Below are positions 58,446 to 64,000 of a DNA stretch of 64,000 nt, in pieces (within the stretch, counting starts at the first letter, position 1; each line of letters opens with the position of its first letter). A model generated the notes under the pieces. It had not been told where the DNA came from and ran no database searches. It was given only the letters and a program-made list of their open reading frames with translations. The stretch is from assembly GCA_963718565.1 (NCBI GenBank), contig OY970364.1, forward strand, positions 2,080,001-2,144,000, in the 5' to 3' direction. Source of the DNA: an uncultured Verrucomicrobiae bacterium (GTDB taxonomy: Bacteria; Chlamydiota; Chlamydiia; Chlamydiales; Rhabdochlamydiaceae). A program made the translations under genes and the position numbers.

Positions 58446-58560
58446 TTTTTCGTATTAACCTGAATAAAAATGCCACTGAATTGTTAACCAGCTGTTGCAG
58501 AGGGTTTCATGTTCAGAGGTGATGATTCGTTAGTCTTACGAGGAGTTTTGCAATTCCCTC

Positions 58561-58812
58561 TTACATCCGTGGAAGCACAGCGACGTAAGTGCGATTAGAC
58601 TTGCGATACGTGACAACGCCGTCTATCAGGGCATAGAGGCTGTCATCACGTCCGACGCCGACATTTTTACTCGGACGCCATTTTGTGCCACGCTGTCTGA
58701 CGAGAATGCTTCCCGCAGTAACAAACTGCCCACCTGTCGCTTTGATCCCTAAACGCTGCGCTTTAGAATCGCGTCCGTTACGGGTTGAGCCTTGGCCTTT
58801 CTTGTGTGCCAT
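58561..58812 (-). CDS. rpmA: 50S ribosomal protein L27
   Basis: [23 protein letters not shown]. Confidence 0.98.
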   Translation of the reverse strand: MAHKKGQGSTRNGRDSKAQRLGIKATGGQFVTAGSILVRQRGTKWRPSKNVGVGRDDSLYALIDGVVTYRKSNRTYVAVLPRM

Positions 58813-58826
58813 AATGCAAAACTCCT

Positions 58827-59138
58827 TTAATCGATAATCTCTGTAATTTTTATGCGCGCATAACGTTGACGATGTCCAACTTTGCGGCGGAATGGTTTAC
58901 GTTGTTTGTATTTGAAAGCAATTTCTTTTGGACCTTTCACCTCTTGCATCAATTCTCCTTGAACAGAAGATTTAGCAACATGGGGATTGCCAATCTTGAC
59001 ATTCCCTGCGTTATTGATGAAGAGCACATGCTTAAATTCTACTTTTTCGCCGGCTTTCACATCGAGCAATTCGACATCGATAACGTCGCCTTTTTCAACT
59101 CGGTATTGCTTTCCGCCAGTTTCGATAATCGCGTACAT
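58827..59138 (-). CDS. rplU: 50S ribosomal protein L21
   Basis: [18 protein letters not shown]. Confidence 0.98.
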   Translation of the reverse strand: MYAIIETGGKQYRVEKGDVIDVELLDVKAGEKVEFKHVLFINNAGNVKIGNPHVAKSSVQGELMQEVKGPKEIAFKYKQRKPFRRKVGHRQRYARIKITEIID

Positions 59139-59420
59139 TTGACCTCCTGAAATTGTCACAAGTTTAAGGAAAGCACACAGGCATGCCCTTCCTGGAGAGG
59201 AAAAAAGAAAGCATGATAAATGATGCTCTGCTCAAAGTCAAATCCAAATCCCAAAACCTTCATATCTAATTGCATACGCCATTTGATTCCCTAGATATAA
59301 ACCTCAGTAAAAAACGAACATCAGTTTTTCTGTTTTTCGATAATTTTATTACTTCAAGCCATTTAAAATTAGAATATTGTATTTTTAATTAAACAAAGCA
59401 ATTTGATTAATAATTAAAAT

Positions 59421-59702
59421 ATGGTTAATATAACAATTAAGTCGGTACTGCAAGACAGTGGAGAGGATTTCCATTCAAAACTTCCTTATTTAGAGAAGTT
59501 TGAAGCGAAGCCGTCAATGCGAGTGTTCGAGGGAAGGATGAAACCGTTCAATAAAAGGCTGAACAAGCGCAAGGCATCTAAGGTGACGTATAAGACTCAT
59601 CGTAAACACAACCATCCTCCTCTCCACGATGAAGTTAAAGAGATCACAGATGGGGTCACAGCGGTAAGGCCCGAAGACATCAAGATTCATCAGCATTATT
59701 AA
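59421..59702 (+). CDS. Small hypothetical protein
   Basis: 93-aa ORF after an AT-rich promoter-like region. Confidence 0.4.
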   Translation: MVNITIKSVLQDSGEDFHSKLPYLEKFEAKPSMRVFEGRMKPFNKRLNKRKASKVTYKTHRKHNHPPLHDEVKEITDGVTAVRPEDIKIHQHY

Positions 59703-59865
59703 TCTCAGGAGGAAAGGGATATGCGCAACAAGGCAAAAAGGAAAACATCCAGAAGCAAAAAAGCTGTCAAAATGACTGAAGAGAAGAGCGGTGCCTGGAA
59801 AAGCTTTTGGAACCGCTATTGCAATCTGTAATGGCAAGAAAGCCAACAGGAAAAGGCGCAAAAAG

Positions 59866-60717
59866 CTAGGTTTTAGCACAGCTTCTTAAGCGCTGTTTTT
59901 TGTGAAGCAGGCTTAAAGTATAAAACGCGGCGGCTACAAGTGAAATCGTTGCCCCTGGTGGCCAATTAAGCTCATAGGAAAAGTATATCCCCAATACTGT
60001 AAAGAGAGCGCCAAATAAGATCGCGAAGATCATCATGCGCGCTAGCGTCTGTGTGTAACTTCCTGCAATAGCAGCAGGGATTGCCAGCATCGTGATGACA
60101 AGGATCGCACCCACAACTTGGATCAGTAGGACGACAGCAATAGCCACAAGGCAAAGGAGGAGAAGATAAAGGGTGTGAACCGGTACTTGTTGCAAGCGAG
60201 CCTGATCTTCGTCGAAACAAATTGCTAAAAATCTGCGGTAGAAAAGTGTCACAGCTGCCGCAATCAACACATCTAGGGATAAAAGCAGGGCGAGATCGCT
60301 ATGGCTGACCCAGAGAATATTTCCAAAAAGAAAATTCAAGAGTTCGACATTATATCCCGGAGTCAGGGCAATAAAAATAACTCCAATGGACATTCCCGTT
60401 GCCCAGATTGCTGCGATCACCGTGTCTTCTCTTTCTTTGTATTTCAAATGGATCCAGCCCATCAATAGTGCTGAGAGCAGCCCCGCGGCCAATGCCCCTT
60501 GAAGGGGAGTCAAAAAATCAAGGCCATAGGTGCGGCGCAGCCAAAGAAAGAACCCCATCCCTCCCAAGACAGAATGGGCGATGCTCCCACTCATGGATAC
60601 TATCCTTTTGACGACAACGAACGAGCCGATGATCCCGCTAGCAAAAGAAGCGGCGAAACCCGCTGCCAAAGTCATCAGGAGAAAGGGATTTTCAAGGAGC
60701 GCATGAAAGAAATCCAT
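59866..60717 (-). CDS. Zn/Mn ABC transporter permease (ZnuB-like)
   Basis: IAHSVLGG, LFGNIL, VGAILV, PPGATI. Confidence 0.92.
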   Translation of the reverse strand: MDFFHALLENPFLLMTLAAGFAASFASGIIGSFVVVKRIVSMSGSIAHSVLGGMGFFLWLRRTYGLDFLTPLQGALAAGLLSALLMGWIHLKYKEREDTVIAAIWATGMSIGVIFIALTPGYNVELLNFLFGNILWVSHSDLALLLSLDVLIAAAVTLFYRRFLAICFDEDQARLQQVPVHTLYLLLLCLVAIAVVLLIQVVGAILVITMLAIPAAIAGSYTQTLARMMIFAILFGALFTVLGIYFSYELNWPPGATISLVAAAFYTLSLLHKKQRLRSCAKT

Positions 60718-61448
60718 CAGGGGAAAAAATGGCGTTTAGAGGTTAAAGGAGTATGGTATAAGCCAAGGGCAAAATGCTCACAAACTTCTTGAGTTTTTAA
60801 GCTGGTGACACGCCGTTGGACGCAGAGAAGTTTTCCGACCTTGTCGACAATCGTTTGCAAGTCATGTGTCACCATCAGGATGGTCATCGTTTTATTTAAC
60901 TCAGAAAGTTGGGCATAGATATTTTGTTCGGCCTCTATATCGACATTGGCCGTCGGCTCATCGAGGAGCAGTACACTGGGCTCATCGACGATTGCCCGAG
61001 CAATCAGAGCTCGTTGTGCTTCGCCTCCAGATAGAGTGCCGAAAGATGCTTCTGCTTTATGTGCAAGCCCAACACGCTCTAACGCAACCTTGGCTTTTCG
61101 TTTTGCTTCTGCGGGATAGGTTCCCCACCAGGAGAGTTTTCTTAAAGAACCCATCATGATCACTTCGAGTACGGAAATCGGAAAATCACGATCAAAGCGC
61201 ATCGCCTGCGGGACATATCCGATCAGGTGGCGCATTTCCTCAGGGGGGCGTCTAAAGAGCAGGATTTCCCCTTTTTGTGGGCGCAAGAGGGCCATCATGA
61301 GTTTGAGCAGAGTGGTCTTTCCACCTCCATTCGGCCCGAAAATTCCCACAAACTCTCCTTGAAAAATTTCGATATTGACATCTTCGAGCGTCGGCACGCT
61401 GTCGTAATGAAAAAAGAGATGTTGAATTTCGAGGATTGCTTCCTTCAT
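60717..61448 (-). CDS. Zn/Mn ABC transporter ATPase (ZnuC-like)
   Basis: GPNGGGKTT, IGYVPQ, LSGGEAQR, LDEPT. Confidence 0.92.
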   Translation of the reverse strand: MKEAILEIQHLFFHYDSVPTLEDVNIEIFQGEFVGIFGPNGGGKTTLLKLMMALLRPQKGEILLFRRPPEEMRHLIGYVPQAMRFDRDFPISVLEVIMMGSLRKLSWWGTYPAEAKRKAKVALERVGLAHKAEASFGTLSGGEAQRALIARAIVDEPSVLLLDEPTANVDIEAEQNIYAQLSELNKTMTILMVTHDLQTIVDKVGKLLCVQRRVTSLKTQEVCEHFALGLYHTPLTSKRHFFP

Positions 61449-62329
61449 TGTGCGATCACTGTTGCAATGGACAGTAAATTTTCCGAAAAGTTCTCAGCAT
61501 AAGGGTCGACCATATGTGTTGGCAGCCCCAAGGATTGCGCTAACAGTTCAGCTCCTTTATTGCTATATTGAGGCTCTGTAATCACAGCCTGGACAGAATA
61601 ACGCTTTGCATGAGTTAGAATTTCTGTCACATGTTGAGGCAATGGCTCTTTACCTTCAATCTCAATCGAAAGTTGGATCAGATGATAATCATGGCAAAAA
61701 TAGCCAAAAGCCGGATGCGAGACTAAAATGGCTCTTCCTTTCATCGGTTCGAGTAGATGAGTGATTTCTTTATCTAAGCTGTCGAGCTCATTTAAAAAAC
61801 TGTGTAAATTGGCCTCAAAGCTCATCTGTTTTTCGGGAAGGAGGCTAATGAGCGCCTCGGCAATCTTTTTTGCTTGATGTTTGGCAAGGCTAGGGCTCAG
61901 CCAAACGTGCAGGTCTTTTCCTTCATCATGGCTATGATGGCAATGCGTATGTTCTGTAGCGATTTCCTGTTCTTTGCAGAGCGAAAGTAAGTGCGTTCCT
62001 TCTGTCATGTCGACGATCCGGATCGGTTTTTTTCTGTCCTGAAAAAATTTCAACACTTTTTTATCGAAAGCTTCGCCGAGATAGATCCAAAGAGAGGCAT
62101 TTTGATGGCGTTGTACTTCTTTGGGCGTCGCTTCGTAAATATGTGGATTAGTCCCGGAAGGAACAAGGGTTTCGATTTCGACAGCATCCTGAGCGATTTT
62201 TTGAACGAAATAGACATAAGGCGGAACGCTGACAAGGACTATCGGTTTCCCGCTTTTTGGCCTTTCACTTTTTCCACACGAGACGATGGAAAGAGAAATG
62301 ATGATTGATAAGACCCATCGCATTGTCAT
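61445..62329 (-). CDS. Zn/Mn ABC substrate-binding lipoprotein (ZnuA/TroA-like)
   Basis: Lipobox IVSC, PHIYE, His-rich loop, DLHVWLSP. Confidence 0.92.
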   Translation of the reverse strand: MTMRWVLSIIISLSIVSCGKSERPKSGKPIVLVSVPPYVYFVQKIAQDAVEIETLVPSGTNPHIYEATPKEVQRHQNASLWIYLGEAFDKKVLKFFQDRKKPIRIVDMTEGTHLLSLCKEQEIATEHTHCHHSHDEGKDLHVWLSPSLAKHQAKKIAEALISLLPEKQMSFEANLHSFLNELDSLDKEITHLLEPMKGRAILVSHPAFGYFCHDYHLIQLSIEIEGKEPLPQHVTEILTHAKRYSVQAVITEPQYSNKGAELLAQSLGLPTHMVDPYAENFSENLLSIATVIAQ

Positions 62330-62371
62330 TTATTTTTTCCAATTTTAAGATTGTCTCATAACGGATGATCC

Positions 62372-62545
62372 TATACCGAAATGAATTCAAGATTTGGGAA
62401 TTTGGCAAGGAGGCGCCCTGAATTTGAGCCAGTGTATGCGGCGCCGAAGCAGCACAACTTGAATAAGTTGTGCGATGCAGGCGGGCTCAAATACAGCGGC
62501 TGCCCAACGTAGCCAAAAACCAAATCTTGAGTTCATTTCGGTATA
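62372..62545. mobile_element. MITE family C copy (inverted relative to 42686-42859)
   Basis: TATACCGAAATGAA...TTCATTTCGGTATA. Confidence 0.9.
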
Positions 62546-62708
62546 GATTTGACTACATCTTTACTATATTTACAAGTGAATATTCTATGCTTTTTCCTGA
62601 GGAAAACCGTGAAATTAAAGCATAATTTTTAACTTGAGAGTTAAGGCGAGCTCAGCTATTCTCCAACTCCCTTTCTTTGAAAGGGCTTGCTCGAGCGTAC
62701 TTGTTTAT

Positions 62709-62795
62709 GGAGGAGTGTCCGAGTGGCCGATGGAGCACGCTTGGAAAGCGTGTAAACGTGAAAACGTTTCGTGAGTTCGAATCTCACCTCCTCCG
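62709..62795 (+). tRNA. tRNA-Ser (GGA)
   Basis: GGAGGAG/CTCCTCC acceptor stem, CACGC-TTGGAAA-GCGTG, long variable arm, TTCGAAT. Confidence 0.96.
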
Positions 62796-62798
62796 ATT

Positions 62799-62830
62799 GG
62801 TTGGATGCAATGAGCATCCAACCTTCACTT
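62799..62830 (+). terminator. Probable intrinsic terminator after tRNA-Ser
   Basis: GGTTGGATGC-AATGA-GCATCCAACC hairpin followed by a weak T tract. Confidence 0.55.
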
Positions 62831-63078
62831 AATGCTTCTGTGATAGAAATACTAAATTCAAAAGTTGTCGTTTTTCATCCACTTCAGAACTCTCGAAGAT
62901 TTCTCGAGAGCGGAGCGACTTGACACTCTACAGAAACCAACTCGAATCCTCATGCCCACAACTTGTAAATTTTCGAGAGTTTTTTATATAAAATTACAAA
63001 GCTGACGCGAAAAGGATGGTTTTTCGGGTCTGAAACAGGTTTTAGCAAATAAGACCCCGAAAAAATGTCCTTTTCGCG

Positions 63079-63999
63079 TTAGTTTTGCAATTCCCTCGGA
63101 TGACTGTCTTTTTTGAGCTGCTCCTGTAAATAGTTCCGAATCGCTTCGGCTTTTTGCGAAGAAGTTGAGCCCTGCCTTGTCCCATGAATTATCCCATGAA
63201 AGGCATGTTCTCCGCATCCCCAATAGTCATTGGGGTTGGGGATAAGGTTGAGGCGTTTAAGGATTTTGTATAATTCCCCATAGATTTCATTTCTTGCTCT
63301 TTTTGGCATTCTTGAGAATCGTTCCATAGCTTGATCGAAGATTTCAAAATCGTCGCTTTCGAGTTGGTTCGCAAGTGCATCAAAAACCGTATTGTACTCT
63401 GCCTTAAAATCCCAGACCTTGATTGTTTCAACGTTCGAGTCTGGGTACACGCGTGAATAAAGCTTGCCATCGGAAACGGCATGGAAACTCGAACAGGTAA
63501 TATATTCTACTTCCTCCCTACCAAATGTTTGTATGCGTTCTCTTGTGTTTAAATCCCAGATTTTGATCGCACTGTTGCAACCGTAGTGAGAGAAAGAATA
63601 GAGGTTGTCATCGGAAATCACAAGGAAGTAAATTCCACAAAGTCTATCTTCTATTGTTCCTATGTGAGTTTTTGTCTTTAAATCCCAGATGTTGATTATT
63701 CTTCGATAGCAATTATCACTGCGAGAGTCAGAATAATAAAGTGTGCCATCGGAAGAAACGGCAAGAGAACAGACCTCGTCATGCCCCTCAAGTGTTGCCT
63801 CACAAGAATTTGTCTCTAAGTTCCAGATTTTGATCTTTTTGTCCCAAGCGCTAGAGATGAGTGTTCCATCATCGGAAAGAGCAAGGCGGGATACTTCTTC
63901 CTCATGCCCACTCAGGGTTCCTATGCAAGTTTTTGTCTCTAGATCCCAGATCTTGATCTGGCCGTTCCAAGAGCTAGGACAAACGAGCTTTCTACCCGA
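63079..63999 (-). CDS. WD40-repeat protein (partial, runs off the window)
   Basis: Open frame to window end: IKIWDLE..TLSGH, IKIWNLE..TLEGH, INIWDLK, IKIWDLN, IKVWDF. Confidence 0.9.
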   Translation of the reverse strand, partial: SGRKLVCPSSWNGQIKIWDLETKTCIGTLSGHEEEVSRLALSDDGTLISSAWDKKIKIWNLETNSCEATLEGHDEVCSLAVSSDGTLYYSDSRSDNCYRRIINIWDLKTKTHIGTIEDRLCGIYFLVISDDNLYSFSHYGCNSAIKIWDLNTRERIQTFGREEVEYITCSSFHAVSDGKLYSRVYPDSNVETIKVWDFKAEYNTVFDALANQLESDDFEIFDQAMERFSRMPKRARNEIYGELYKILKRLNLIPNPNDYWGCGEHAFHGIIHGTRQGSTSSQKAEAIRNYLQEQLKKDSHPRELQN

Positions 64000-64000
64000 A

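Noticed and set aside
62888..62981. 15-bp imperfect inverted repeat (AACTCTCGAAGATTT / AAATTTTCGAGAGTT) after tRNA-Ser
   Set aside because: Single copy in the window; no integrase or tRNA duplication to support an element

Overview
64 kb of a Chlamydiota (environmental chlamydia-like) chromosome; taxon inferred from sctJ and the chlamydial gene order pit-DUF47-rluB-gpmA-nifS-nifU-birA-rodA, rpsL-tsp and obgE-rpmA-rplU. Core genes include glgP, hemH, sthA, the str operon (fusA carries 8 single-base indels that look like a mixed-read consensus artefact), a Zn/Mn ABC transporter, tRNA-Phe and tRNA-Ser. Accessory content: (i) a complete de novo pyrimidine operon carA-carB-[GT9]-pyrB-pyrI-pyrC-pyrD-pyrE-pyrF-[GT2] whose pyrE/pyrF resemble a split eukaryote-type UMP synthase; (ii) an ~8.5 kb integrase island at tRNA-Phe bounded by a 53-bp hairpin direct repeat, with HigB/HigA-ImmA and a triple-nested insertion (ISAs1 in IS630 plus MITE in an XRE gene); (iii) candidate host-directed proteins: a class I terpene synthase with a Ser/Pro-rich N-terminal extension, a Cys-His-Asp HopX-like protein with a PPxY motif, an NLS-rich orphan and a WD40 protein; (iv) at least five families of palindromic, mostly TA-flanked MITE/RPE-like elements that share internal motifs and sit in leaders, at gene ends and once in frame inside a CDS. 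All calls come from motif recognition by eye; no database searches were run.
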